A stretch of DNA of 51,557 bases from Candidatus Woesearchaeota archaeon CG10_big_fil_rev_8_21_14_0_10_36_11 (GCA_002762845.1 PCYB01000066.1:1-51557); one strand, 5' to 3'. Shown: positions 19,486 through 30,337, numbered from the stretch's first letter. A program made the numbers and translations. Notes: a model not told the origin generated them from the sequence alone.

Positions 19486-22400
19486 CTATCTTTTTTCAAT
19501 AACATAAATTAAATGATACCCAAACGGTGTTTTTATAGGGGCAGAAATTTCTCCTGGACCAAGAGAGAACGCAGCATTTTCAAATTCAGGCACCATCATG
19601 TTTCTTCCGAACCACCCCAAATCTCCACCGTTAATTGCACTTCCAGGATCCTCAGACGTATCTTTCGCATATTGTTCAAAGTTTGCTGCATTAACCAACT
19701 TTCGTATTTCCGTGATTATAGCAAGTGTATCTTCATCACTTCGTCCTTCCGTTGAAATTAAGATGTGTGCTGCGTGAACTTCTTCCTGTTGATCTTTAGT
19801 CTCTTCAGGTGTCGAATAGACATTATTTTCTTGCTGACAGTCAAAATCAACTTTCCATGTGATTATCCTTGCTCCCGTTAACTGCTGTCTATCATCAAAC
19901 TTACTAAAACATTTTAATCCGTGACCGTCAAAAAGGAAAAGTTTTGTAAACATGCTATTTGCCTGAAGCGGATGCGCAAGTACGATTGTGTTTTGATCAA
20001 CAAGAATAACTGAAAGTCCCATCAATTCTCCTACAAACTTCTTTTCAACAATTCCATTTTCCGTTGTGTAGACGATGCTGTTAGGATATACTTTTCCATT
20101 ATTTGTCTGGATGAACGCTTCTTTTGTTGCTTTATCAATCTGAATAACTGCATTTCCATTACCAACACTAATTGTACATTCAAGTGCAGTACTTGTTTCA
20201 TCACAGCCAAAACTTCCTTGATAATTTGGCCATTGAGCAATCCATTGATCCGCGCCAGTCGTCGTTATTTCATAATAATACGTATCTGCTTCACTACTGG
20301 TTAAACCGAATTTGTTCATAAGTATTTGTTTTCCATTCTGTACATCAAGCTTTACTGCTTGGTACATCGCAGCTTTTTTGAAATCCCAGCTTCCAAAATG
20401 GCCCCAGACACCGGCTTTTCCTACCATGTCTTCTGAAGTAATATAAAATTGGTCAAGAAGGTTGTCACAGTATGTTATCGCAATAACATCTGCAATTTGT
20501 GCCGTGGTAAGACCTTCATCTTTAAGAATCTTGACTGCTTTTGTCTTATCATTGACAACCATCATCTTATTCATAACATCAACTGCTTTTACAGCATCAC
20601 CGTTAAGAAACCCTTCAAGTACATGAACTGGTTTCTGCTGTCCACAATTGAGCATACGTAACAACCCTACAGAAACTTGTTCGTCGTCCGTAAGCAATGT
20701 TTTTCCTACCCAATATATCCTTTCACCTTGGTCGGCACCGTCAAACGTGACGTGTTGTCCACTTATAGAATAGAACCAATGGCCAAAATCCCACCAGGAT
20801 GTTATTATTGCCTCTTTTGTACTATCTTTAATTTTTGTTAAACTAGTATACCATGCATCATTCATACTTGGGATCTCATTCTGTACTGTGTTTTTTGCAT
20901 CGTTTAATGGCGTTATTAACAATAAACAGAAAATGATGATAAAAAGAACTTTTGAAATTGTTTTGTCTATATGTATCGCATTTGAAAGCCATTCACTTGC
21001 AGCTTTGTATGTAATACCAATCATTGCACCGAATGCAATTGCAAATGCAGGAACCATAAGGATTGAAAATCGTACTCCTTTTGTGAAACCGTATGCAGTT
21101 CCCGCAATCCAAATGATAAGGAGAAGAGCGTATTGCATATTCGCATTACTCTCTTTAAAATAGACTATTTTTATAATACCAACAAGTACGGGAACACTTA
21201 TAAGGGTAATAAATACTATTGGGTTGTTAAGTGTGTTTTTTAACGAAATGATAATTAAATAATACGCACCAGATCCGAGAAAGTACCACACATTTTTCAT
21301 TTTCTCTTTTTTTGTAGTACATAACAATAAAATAATCCCCATAAGACCTATCCAAAATAAGAACTTTCCACCCATTTGTGATATGATACCACTAAGGTCA
21401 GTTTCGTTAAATTCTGCAACAGTTGTGAGGACATTTGGCCATATCTTCGTTACTGCAACTTGTTTAATTGCCGATGCTTTTAATGGCGCTGTGAATAATA
21501 TTTTAAACTTTGAGAATCCTGCCAAAAGAGAGATGAACACTGCCGATGCAATAAAATAAATGCCTCCTACAAAAGCTGTATCTTTAACATTCTTTTTAAA
21601 TAACGGTTTTGTTTCTTTATGTTGTACATTGCGTACAATGTTATATCCCAAATATATAATTATTGCTGCAAAGATAAACACGAGTATGTACCAATATCCT
21701 AACCATGTTACTGCATACAAACCACTTACAAGACCCGCAATGCAACCAAACAGAACCTTCTTCTTTGTATTTTTTGCTTCAAGTGCTTCAAGGAAAAACC
21801 ATGCTATTAATAATGGAAATAAAATGTTATATGCATCAGTGTCAGAAAATCCTGCAGGTGTCCTGCCAAGAAGTGCGGCATTGATGGCAATAATTGTTGA
21901 TGCAAAAAATCCACCTACATTCCCTCCAACCTTTCTTCCTATAAGAAACGCAGGAATGAGCGATAAACCAATAATAATAACAGGAATAAAAAATATAACG
22001 CGCATTAATGACGTATCTTTGCTAAAGAGATGGACAAATTTGTATACCCATGCACTGAAAATGGTATGGACTGGAATGTTTGTTATTGCACGTCCTTCTC
22101 GACCGTTCCGCAAACTAAATATTCTTTCTCCATCAGCATTATAACTATCTCCTAATTGGCCATACTCCAAATAGTTTCTTGCTTCTGCAAACCAGTAATA
22201 AGGATCTATCGCGAGAAGGTACGTATCACCATTTTCGTCTTGTAATTGTGATTTAAATTGTGCAGATACTTGTTCTTTATCTAATTCTATCTGATCTTTA
22301 TTATTCTGCAACATCGTTTGAAACTCTTTTTCAATCAACACATCTCTATTTTGCTGCGGAAGGTTCGGATACTGCTGATTAACACTTTGTGTTATTTGGT

Positions 22401-22944
22401 TTTTATAAAACGATTGAACCTGACTTTCTGCCCAGTCATCTGTTATCGGAAGGTACGCTGGAGCCATCCTAAAATAGGATGAAATAAAAATGGTAAGAAG
22501 GATAAGTGCAAGTGGAAGTAACCACTTCTTGTTTTTGTGCGTCCATGCACCAATTTTTGCAGTATCAATAGAAAAATCATCTTTCTTTCTTGTATGAGTT
22601 CCGCTTCTTTCACTTTTGTTATCTTTTGAGTATACGTTTTTAATGAAACTTTTTGTCTTAGTTTTTATTGCAGCAAGATCAAAAGAAACGGTTTTATTTG
22701 TTTCTTCTTCAGTAAATTCTTCAGTAAACATATCATCACTTTTCCTGTGATGTGGTTCACTAATTTCAACAATCCTTTCTTTCTTTTCTTTTGCAGGGAT
22801 TTCTTTCCCTAATGGTTTCTGAGGGCCCGTAGTGTGTTTTATTTCTTTCTCTGAACCTTCATTTGCAAATCCTTCAAGAATATCATCATTATTGTCCTGT
22901 TCCTCATTTTTATAATCTTCGCTATTATCAATCACTGTACACAC
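19486..22944 (-). CDS. aglB: Oligosaccharyltransferase AglB (STT3 family) with C-terminal parvulin-type PPIase domain
   Basis: DPYYW, DTD, TVAE, SWWDFGHW and DMVGK motifs; C-terminus HAAHILI...SEDPGSAINGGDLGWF...MVPEFENAAF...KTPFGYHLI. Confidence 0.92.
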   Translation of the reverse strand: MCTVIDNSEDYKNEEQDNNDDILEGFANEGSEKEIKHTTGPQKPLGKEIPAKEKKERIVEISEPHHRKSDDMFTEEFTEEETNKTVSFDLAAIKTKTKSFIKNVYSKDNKSERSGTHTRKKDDFSIDTAKIGAWTHKNKKWLLPLALILLTIFISSYFRMAPAYLPITDDWAESQVQSFYKNQITQSVNQQYPNLPQQNRDVLIEKEFQTMLQNNKDQIELDKEQVSAQFKSQLQDENGDTYLLAIDPYYWFAEARNYLEYGQLGDSYNADGERIFSLRNGREGRAITNIPVHTIFSAWVYKFVHLFSKDTSLMRVIFFIPVIIIGLSLIPAFLIGRKVGGNVGGFFASTIIAINAALLGRTPAGFSDTDAYNILFPLLIAWFFLEALEAKNTKKKVLFGCIAGLVSGLYAVTWLGYWYILVFIFAAIIIYLGYNIVRNVQHKETKPLFKKNVKDTAFVGGIYFIASAVFISLLAGFSKFKILFTAPLKASAIKQVAVTKIWPNVLTTVAEFNETDLSGIISQMGGKFLFWIGLMGIILLLCTTKKEKMKNVWYFLGSGAYYLIIISLKNTLNNPIVFITLISVPVLVGIIKIVYFKESNANMQYALLLIIWIAGTAYGFTKGVRFSILMVPAFAIAFGAMIGITYKAASEWLSNAIHIDKTISKVLFIIIFCLLLITPLNDAKNTVQNEIPSMNDAWYTSLTKIKDSTKEAIITSWWDFGHWFYSISGQHVTFDGADQGERIYWVGKTLLTDDEQVSVGLLRMLNCGQQKPVHVLEGFLNGDAVKAVDVMNKMMVVNDKTKAVKILKDEGLTTAQIADVIAITYCDNLLDQFYITSEDMVGKAGVWGHFGSWDFKKAAMYQAVKLDVQNGKQILMNKFGLTSSEADTYYYEITTTGADQWIAQWPNYQGSFGCDETSTALECTISVGNGNAVIQIDKATKEAFIQTNNGKVYPNSIVYTTENGIVEKKFVGELMGLSVILVDQNTIVLAHPLQANSMFTKLFLFDGHGLKCFSKFDDRQQLTGARIITWKVDFDCQQENNVYSTPEETKDQQEEVHAAHILISTEGRSDEDTLAIITEIRKLVNAANFEQYAKDTSEDPGSAINGGDLGWFGRNMMVPEFENAAFSLGPGEISAPIKTPFGYHLIYVIEKR

Positions 22945-23082
22945 CCTCTTGGCTTCGAAATGGTAAGTCGTTTATAAAGTTTATTATGTTTGAAACCATT
23001 TCATTTCATAGAAATACTCCATTTTAATCACATCTATTCTTCAGCAAGCTTTTTATATGTCGATATTCTTTTAAATGAAAGT

Positions 23083-24132
23083 ATGCAAAAAAGAGGACAA
23101 GTAACAGTGTTTATTATAGTTGGGATTGTCTTATTATTAGTGGTTGGATTGTTATTCTTTCAACAAGGACAAGATGAAACGGAAACAGTTCTTATTGATA
23201 GAGAACTTATCACCGTCCCGTATGCTTCTTCTGTCCAAGATTTTGTTCAATCATGTTTCGAACAAGTAGTGGAACTGGGAGTTCTTCAAACTGGCAGGCA
23301 GGGCGGATATTGGGAATCGCCACTTGACTATTCAATAATTTTCTTTGACGATTCACTTCCTTATTATTATGCTGACGAAAAAATGATGATCATCTCAGAA
23401 GTTGATGCTGAGAAAGAACTTGAGAGGTACATTGAAGAAACGTTACCTACTTGTTTACAAAACTTTTCACATTTTGAAGAGGAAGGATACAAAATAATGT
23501 CTGGTAAAGTAGATGTTAATGTTGATTTTGGTCAACAGGTTATTGTTGAACTTAAGTATCCTCTTGAAGTACAAAAAGGAATCACAGTTATCGAGCTACA
23601 CGATTTTGTTCATACTGTTGATATTAACATACAAAAATTTTTAGAAACTGCACGTAAAATAGTTCAGAAACATATGGATACTGAGGGATACGTTTGCTTA
23701 ACATGTATTGACGAATGGGCAACTGACGATGATGTTATAATCACCGTTTTTCCCGTATATGATACCGGACCGTTTGGAAATGATCTTGTGTGGTTTACTA
23801 TGCAAGACAAAGATACTGCACTAATAAAAGGTAATAATTTTACGTTTGAGTTTATTGTTGAGGCCATTCCTGTGAAAGAAAAAGAAGAATTTGTGATGGA
23901 AGATATTGTTAGTTTTGATATTTTATCAAACATTTTGTTTGAATATCAGATAAAAACAAACAAAGATGACGTTTTATTTTATGATGATACCGACATGTTT
24001 GATATTAACAACGATGGACTGATTAAATTTACTCCCTCAGAAGACCAAAAAGGATCACATTTTGTTGAAATTGAAGCTCAAGATAATATTGGTAATATTG
24101 ATACAGAACTAATATTGTTTACAATAAATTAA
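23083..24132 (+). CDS. Archaeal class III signal peptide (pilin-like N-terminus) surface protein with C-terminal Ig-like domain
   Basis: MQKRGQVTVFIIVGIVLL; TTTTATAT box about 25-30 bp upstream supports ATG 23083. Confidence 0.75.
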   Translation: MQKRGQVTVFIIVGIVLLLVVGLLFFQQGQDETETVLIDRELITVPYASSVQDFVQSCFEQVVELGVLQTGRQGGYWESPLDYSIIFFDDSLPYYYADEKMMIISEVDAEKELERYIEETLPTCLQNFSHFEEEGYKIMSGKVDVNVDFGQQVIVELKYPLEVQKGITVIELHDFVHTVDINIQKFLETARKIVQKHMDTEGYVCLTCIDEWATDDDVIITVFPVYDTGPFGNDLVWFTMQDKDTALIKGNNFTFEFIVEAIPVKEKEEFVMEDIVSFDILSNILFEYQIKTNKDDVLFYDDTDMFDINNDGLIKFTPSEDQKGSHFVEIEAQDNIGNIDTELILFTIN

Positions 24133-24135
24133 TAG

Positions 24136-26949
24136 ATGAAAAAAATGAGAAAATATAACCCGATAATGGTACTTGTTCTTTTTGTATTTAGTATAGCATT
24201 TGTTATTGCACAAGATCCTACTCTTCATTTTCCCTCCGCCCCAGTAGATTCAGTTCCAGTAGAGGAATTTATATTCTTTACTCCACAAGATCAAGCATTG
24301 TATATCTCAAGTATTCAAGATTTTGAAGATAATTATCAAATTGCATATGATTATTTTTCAAGTTCTGCAAATATTATGGTGGTTCCCGATGCATTCGAAC
24401 AGTTTATGGCATCACAGGGAATAACAATTTTCATTGATACCCTTGCTCCCCCATCAGAATTTTACTATAGTCCTTCCGGAAAACTTGTTGGTGCCGGTGG
24501 GGAAGAAGTTAACATATACGATTTTTCTCATGCTAAAGAAAGTTTAAAGATTGATGATGAGGGAAACGTTATCATCGTTGATAGCGATAATGGTGAGTGG
24601 CCATTTTCTGGAACACTTAGTTTCTCTCAAGGCAAGTTTGTCATCGACGATGGCGAGATTGGTTCTCAGAAAATTCAAGATGGAGAGTTCATACTTATTG
24701 GTGGAACTGTGAGGGGAAACGCAATAGGTTTTGCAGGACTTCATTTTGAAAAGTCTACAGCGTTTGAATTTGTTGAGAATAATAACATAGTTAAGTTAGT
24801 AAAAGCGACAGTTAAAAGTGTTGATGCGGATTCTGATATTACAATCTATGGACGGAAAGTTTTGCTTCCTGAGGGGGATAGGATAGAAAAAGGAAGGTTA
24901 ACATTTGAGAAGGGCAGCCCCGTCTTAGTTGGAAGTGATTCTCAAGTTACTATCAAAGGCTTTACACATACCACACAAAAAGATAAAACGTTACGATTAG
25001 TCTACGTTACAAGTCCTGAATTGGATAATATCAATGCAGAAGAACAAGATGCACTATCAAAAGTTTCTTTGGGAAGTGAATTTGAACATGAGTGGAACGA
25101 TCAGTTTAGTAAACTTTCCGCTCTTAAAGCAAAACAGAAAGAACTTGAGAAACGGTTTAGAGAGTTAGTTGGTTCAAAAGCATCATCTGAAAAAATCAAT
25201 ATTGTCAAACAAGAATTAGAATCACTTTCACTATCAATTTCTTTAGAATCTGATGTATTGCGGAAAATTACTACAAAATATGTTCCGACAGTTATGGTGC
25301 AGGAAGATATCCATCAAAAATATAAAGAGCAACGAGAAAAATTGTACGCGGAAATTGTTCCAAGTATCATGCCTGAAGAAAATTATTTCATGTATGGTGA
25401 TGAACACATTTGGTTGGGTGGTGATGGTTTTGTCTCACGTGCTGAAGATGATAATCCAATATTCCTTGAATATAGGGTGGTATTTGAAGGCTGGCAAACA
25501 AGACAACGTACGGGGCGTTTAGAATTTGAACTCAAAGGGGGAACAATGGATGTTGTTAAAGAGTCTCCTCCTAAAAGACCATTAGCTTTATCTCTAACAT
25601 TATCTGGAGAGGGAACAATTACTAATGGTAAATATGTTTTCGATGCTGATGGCCAACAGATACTTCTTTCTGCCACAGATGTTTCACCCTCTGAAGAATT
25701 AGTTTCTTCTGATATGAGATTTGAATACCATACACATAGTGGAGAAATGAAGTTATACGACCTTAACATTGATGCAGAATACTATCTTGAACTTACATCG
25801 GAAGAACGAGCAGATTTATTGGAGCGACGTGCACCTATTGAAGAATTTCTAAAAGCATATAGTATAGAACTTGATGAAAACCCCCAATTTAAAAAAATAA
25901 TTGCAGCACTTGAACCCCTGGAAGATAAACTTCTTCTACTGCGTTATGATCAGGAAGAAGCGTTAGGACAATTACGTCGAGCAGAACTTGCCGGAACTCC
26001 TGCAGAAAAAATTTTAACAAAGAAAGAATTAGACAAGATTACAGCATCAATCGAAGATGTAGATCGTCAGATTGTATTTCTTGAACAAAGTGCAGGGGGA
26101 TATGATGACTTTAAAAGATTACGAGAAGCACAAGCAGAATATGCAGACGAACTTGATGACATTAATTTTAGACTTGTAGGTGATATTGGAGAAATAAAAT
26201 CTGGCGTTTGGGGTCAAATTATAAGTTCAGAAGATGGTAATTCGTTTATAAGTTATCAAGAATATATTGAAGGTTTTCCCATTATCAGAAATACAGATGT
26301 TCGGCAATGGACCGCAGAAACATACAGACAATCTGCAGGAGTAACAGTAAGTGGTGAAGAACTTGAAATTCCAAACATAATTATTAAAAATAGTGATAGG
26401 CTACAACTCGACGTATTAAATGGCGATCAACAATGTATAGACACACAGTTTCGTTTAGCATATGAATATGCGATATCAACTGGTCAGGATATTTGTTTTG
26501 GCGGTGGAAAAACGTGCCTACGTGATCCTCAATATTTTCAACGTCCACAAAAGTTTGTTGAAGATTGGATGGCAAGTCAGTCAACTCAAGCGTATGTGCG
26601 AGCGACACAATTGGTAGAAGCAGGAAGTGGAAGTTCATGGGAAGATGATATACAAGTTCTTTCTGTTGACGAGTATGATACTATTCAACCTGGCGATGTT
26701 CTAATACTATATGGTCATGCAATCGGTGTTAAAGACGTTATTGAGATTCCTCCTGGAAGTGGAAAAAAATATATACAACAATTTGCGGGATCAATGCCTG
26801 CGATTGATGCACACATATACCAAGGTGTTGGTGAACATGGCGGCTTGAAAAGTATTGAACAGCTCAAATCTGAACGTCGTGGAATTGAAGGCGAAAAGAA
26901 AAAGCTACTTTCAGTGTTTAGATGGAAATTTAGACCTTACGCGACTTAA
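24136..26949 (+). CDS. Large secreted protein with coiled-coil segments and C-terminal DUF4846/NlpC-P60-like Cys-His domain
   Basis: Signal peptide; C-terminal QQCIDTQFRLAYEY...PGDVLILYGHAIGV...GSMPAIDAHI. Confidence 0.6.
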   Translation: MKKMRKYNPIMVLVLFVFSIAFVIAQDPTLHFPSAPVDSVPVEEFIFFTPQDQALYISSIQDFEDNYQIAYDYFSSSANIMVVPDAFEQFMASQGITIFIDTLAPPSEFYYSPSGKLVGAGGEEVNIYDFSHAKESLKIDDEGNVIIVDSDNGEWPFSGTLSFSQGKFVIDDGEIGSQKIQDGEFILIGGTVRGNAIGFAGLHFEKSTAFEFVENNNIVKLVKATVKSVDADSDITIYGRKVLLPEGDRIEKGRLTFEKGSPVLVGSDSQVTIKGFTHTTQKDKTLRLVYVTSPELDNINAEEQDALSKVSLGSEFEHEWNDQFSKLSALKAKQKELEKRFRELVGSKASSEKINIVKQELESLSLSISLESDVLRKITTKYVPTVMVQEDIHQKYKEQREKLYAEIVPSIMPEENYFMYGDEHIWLGGDGFVSRAEDDNPIFLEYRVVFEGWQTRQRTGRLEFELKGGTMDVVKESPPKRPLALSLTLSGEGTITNGKYVFDADGQQILLSATDVSPSEELVSSDMRFEYHTHSGEMKLYDLNIDAEYYLELTSEERADLLERRAPIEEFLKAYSIELDENPQFKKIIAALEPLEDKLLLLRYDQEEALGQLRRAELAGTPAEKILTKKELDKITASIEDVDRQIVFLEQSAGGYDDFKRLREAQAEYADELDDINFRLVGDIGEIKSGVWGQIISSEDGNSFISYQEYIEGFPIIRNTDVRQWTAETYRQSAGVTVSGEELEIPNIIIKNSDRLQLDVLNGDQQCIDTQFRLAYEYAISTGQDICFGGGKTCLRDPQYFQRPQKFVEDWMASQSTQAYVRATQLVEAGSGSSWEDDIQVLSVDEYDTIQPGDVLILYGHAIGVKDVIEIPPGSGKKYIQQFAGSMPAIDAHIYQGVGEHGGLKSIEQLKSERRGIEGEKKKLLSVFRWKFRPYAT

Positions 26950-27049
26950 AGATGAACACATTACAAGAATAATTAATTATTAATTGAAATAATTAATAGA
27001 ATAAGTTATTTTATCACAATTATTACATTAATGATGTAATAATAAATAC

Positions 27050-27595
27050 TTATCTGCTTATCATATTTAATGGTGTTAAAACTTTATCTCCTTCAGAATC
27101 CATTCTTTTCGCTAATCTCCTGATTCTTGTATAATGTGGTTGTGTTCTTACAGTATTAAAAGCAAATGTTATAAAATCTTCATATCCTTCCTTTGGTTTG
27201 TGGACTAATGATTTACGTTCTTCTCCATTTAAACTAAGGTATGTTTTTGCAAAATTTTTTATATCCGAACCGTCTCTATGTGTAAGAATATATACCCCCA
27301 TTTGTGGTGCAAGTTCAACAAGGACGTACTCATGGCCATTAGGAGAATAATCTAATCCTTTTCTAAACGCGCGAACACTTTCAGGAACAGTGATATAGTC
27401 GTCAAGAGTCCTATCTTCAATCCTCTTATTTCCTCTATCACCTGGACTCTCATCAACTCGTTTTTCATTTTCTTGTGGTGTAGAAAGTGTTACTTTTGTT
27501 GTTACATCTGGTTCTAGTGTATCACGACAAGAGTTAAGTGCTACTAATCCAACAAGACTAGCAACCGAAATAAGTGTTCTTATGTAATATGACAT
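27050..27595 (-). CDS. Hypothetical protein, possible lipoprotein
   Basis: Hydrophobic N-terminus ending in lipobox-like LNSC. Confidence 0.5.
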   Translation of the reverse strand: MSYYIRTLISVASLVGLVALNSCRDTLEPDVTTKVTLSTPQENEKRVDESPGDRGNKRIEDRTLDDYITVPESVRAFRKGLDYSPNGHEYVLVELAPQMGVYILTHRDGSDIKNFAKTYLSLNGEERKSLVHKPKEGYEDFITFAFNTVRTQPHYTRIRRLAKRMDSEGDKVLTPLNMISR

Positions 27596-27658
27596 TCTTA
27601 TCAATACCACGTATGATTATAAAAACAAGTGCGACCAAGTTTATAAATCTTTTTAGAA

Positions 27659-28852
27659 TTATTTACTAGTAAGTAGTTCTTTCCAACGGAGGATTTCTTT
27701 AGGTACCCCAAATGCTTCACACAATGGAACTATTGTGGGTTCGTGAAATAATGTGTGAAGAACAAGATCTGAACAATCTAAAACACCATTTCCATTATCT
27801 TCGTAAAGAACAGCAATGTGTCTGGGAAAGAAAACAACATCACCTTCATTAACAGTTCCATATGGGACTGGATTCCCCCCGTTATCTAAAAGTATTCCTC
27901 GAGTATTGGTATCAGAAATCTGTGCAATTCTCGTGGTATGTTTTTTATTACGTAATCCATACGACCACGTGTACGGGTTTTCATGTCCATATCTTCTCCA
28001 TCCGTATGTTGCAAAGTCTGCACAATCAGATCCGATTAACGAGTCAACCTGCGATGTAGTACTTGCCCATATGTATGGTGTGTTAAACAACTCAAAAAGG
28101 TAATCTGTCCATGAACCTGTATCTGGACGAAAAGAAACACGATGAACCTTCGTACTTATTGCACCATGTTTAATAGACTCACTACCAGAACTTGCCATTT
28201 CTCTTCCATTAAGACGTGCAACTACTTTAAATCTCATAACACCTATTCCCGAAGGTTTCTCCAAAAATAGATCTTCAAATGATGTTGGATGAACGTCGGC
28301 ACTAGTTTTCCATCCGTCTCGCCATGATGTTTCCTCATAAAGTATAGGGTGCCTCTTTGAAATATATCCATAACTATTACCTTCTGCCTCGACTTTAAAC
28401 CATTCTACGTCTGGCTTTTTTGATGATGGCCAAGACATAACTCTATCCGCTTTCCTTTTTCCTTGTAATTTAATACATGGCGCATCAGTAAAGTACACTT
28501 TTTGTCCAAATCGTGTCGCTTCAAGAACAACGTACATTTCAACAGTATCGTCAATAGTTGCGTACTTTGGTTTTTGATCAGCACACGTTGCCGCAACGTC
28601 TTCTCCTCCAGTAATGCGTGAAACGATATGTACATTTTGTGGTATAATGCCAGATGTTAAAATTGTTTCTGGTTGAATCCCTGCCGTGATTCCAGCTTCA
28701 ACAACTCTTTCCAGTGTTGATCCACAAAATTGTGATAATGAAGAAACGTGTCTTGGTGGTTGAACAATGGCAAAACGTGCAGGATTTGCAAACGCAAGGG
28801 AGCCAATCAACGCAAGTGATGCAAGTGATGTCGCAACATTTCTCAAAACCAT
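27659..28852 (-). CDS. Secreted NlpC/P60-like (papain-fold) hydrolase
   Basis: Signal peptide (…GSLAFA); TPYIWA...GSDCADF...GDVVFFPRHIAVL...H pattern. Confidence 0.72.
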   Translation of the reverse strand: MVLRNVATSLASLALIGSLAFANPARFAIVQPPRHVSSLSQFCGSTLERVVEAGITAGIQPETILTSGIIPQNVHIVSRITGGEDVAATCADQKPKYATIDDTVEMYVVLEATRFGQKVYFTDAPCIKLQGKRKADRVMSWPSSKKPDVEWFKVEAEGNSYGYISKRHPILYEETSWRDGWKTSADVHPTSFEDLFLEKPSGIGVMRFKVVARLNGREMASSGSESIKHGAISTKVHRVSFRPDTGSWTDYLFELFNTPYIWASTTSQVDSLIGSDCADFATYGWRRYGHENPYTWSYGLRNKKHTTRIAQISDTNTRGILLDNGGNPVPYGTVNEGDVVFFPRHIAVLYEDNGNGVLDCSDLVLHTLFHEPTIVPLCEAFGVPKEILRWKELLTSK

Positions 28853-28992
28853 CTGTGGAGGAGTTGTGATGGAATATATAAACATTTCTTGATTTTTTTA
28901 CTTTTAAGTAGTTATTTAAAATTTTTGAATTTTATTTTTAAGCGTCATCACAAATCATAATCATTAAATAATCCGTTCTATTAAATAATCTC

Positions 28993-29622
28993 ATGATAAA
29001 CACACTTGCACGTATCTTCGGCTCAAAAACACATGCACAGGAGATTGTTTTGTTGCAGAAAGATGTGAAACATGTTGTCCGTCACGGATTTTATGAATCA
29101 GAGATTTCACAAGTTGAACACTATTGTCGAGAAAATAACCTCTTTTGTGTTAGATCAAAATTCAAAGTCATCCTTGCGGATGATACAGGATATTCAAACA
29201 AAGGGTTTAGGGTTCCAGAGAACGATTCACGACAAGGGATGTATTTTCTGTACATGTCAAAAGATGAAGAGAAAGTGTGGTTGGCAGCATATTATGAACT
29301 GATGAACAACCATGTAGATTTAGGACTATTGTTAGGATATCCACGATGTTGCGTGAATTTCTTTTGTAGAAATTTTAGCGAGAATAATCCTAATCCTGCC
29401 CATATACCCACAAACCCATTTACAAATCTCACAAAGAGAAACAATGATGCGGTTTTAGTGTCACACTTTCCATGCAGTTCAGACTGTGAAGAAAGTATTG
29501 CATTGGCAAAGGTATACCTTGCCGTTCTTATGAAAGAAGATACAGGTAGGACAGAAGAGTTATTGAAAGAGTTACGTCTTACTCAATCTCAATCCCAACA
29601 GGACAATGATCCGATCCCATAA
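28993..29622 (+). CDS. DUF483-like archaeal protein
   Basis: LGLLLGYPRCCVNFF and HFPCSSDCEES motifs. Confidence 0.65.
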   Translation: MINTLARIFGSKTHAQEIVLLQKDVKHVVRHGFYESEISQVEHYCRENNLFCVRSKFKVILADDTGYSNKGFRVPENDSRQGMYFLYMSKDEEKVWLAAYYELMNNHVDLGLLLGYPRCCVNFFCRNFSENNPNPAHIPTNPFTNLTKRNNDAVLVSHFPCSSDCEESIALAKVYLAVLMKEDTGRTEELLKELRLTQSQSQQDNDPIP

Positions 29623-30337
29623 TGCTTGAAAGAATGAATGCTTTTTTAAGTTTTTGTCGTAACTTTTTTGAAATTAAGAAATAATCAATTCGCCAGCCAA
29701 TATTTCTCTTACGAAGATTGTTCCAATATCCCCAATAACTGTAGTGTCCAGGCGTTGTATGAAATTCTCTAAACGTATCAACAAAACCATGGTCAATAAA
29801 CCGTTGAAATCCGTCAATCTCTATCTGTGTATATCCTGCAGTTTTATTATAATTACTTTTTGGATTTGCCAGGTCTATCTCTGTATGAGCAACATTAAAA
29901 TCACCACAGACAATGACTGGTTTTTCTTTTTCTAATTTCTGAACGTAATGTAAGAAATCCTTGTCCCACTCTTTCCGATAGTCAAGACGTGGGAGGCCTC
30001 TTCCTGAGTTTGGAATGTACACCGTCACGACATAATACGTTTTAAATTCAAGTGTAATTACTCTTCCTTCGGCATCATGTTCTTGTTTTCCAATTCCATT
30101 CTTGACAGAGAGCGGTTCATGTTTGCTAAAGATTGCTGTTCCTGCATACCCCTTCTTTTTTGCTTCATTCCAGAAATGGTAAGGATACTCATCAAGTATT
30201 TTGTCTACTTGGTTCAAATGTGCCTTTGTTTCTTGAATACACAAAATGTCTGGATTTTCTTTTTCAACGAAAGTAAGAAAATCTTTCTTAAGGGCTGCTC
30301 TGATGCCGTTGACATTCCAAGAAATGATTTTAGTCAT
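29579..30337 (-). CDS. xth: Exodeoxyribonuclease III / AP endonuclease
   Basis: SWNVNGIRA, CIQETK, YIPNS, GDFNVAH, WRIDYF and SDHCP motifs. Confidence 0.96.
   Translation of the reverse strand: MTKIISWNVNGIRAALKKDFLTFVEKENPDILCIQETKAHLNQVDKILDEYPYHFWNEAKKKGYAGTAIFSKHEPLSVKNGIGKQEHDAEGRVITLEFKTYYVVTVYIPNSGRGLPRLDYRKEWDKDFLHYVQKLEKEKPVIVCGDFNVAHTEIDLANPKSNYNKTAGYTQIEIDGFQRFIDHGFVDTFREFHTTPGHYSYWGYWNNLRKRNIGWRIDYFLISKKLRQKLKKAFILSSIMGSDHCPVGIEIE

Noticed and set aside
26950..27049. Extremely AT-rich spacer as an origin or ncRNA
   Set aside because: Lies between convergent genes, with no ORB-like repeats, no cdc6 and no stable structure; most likely a termination region.
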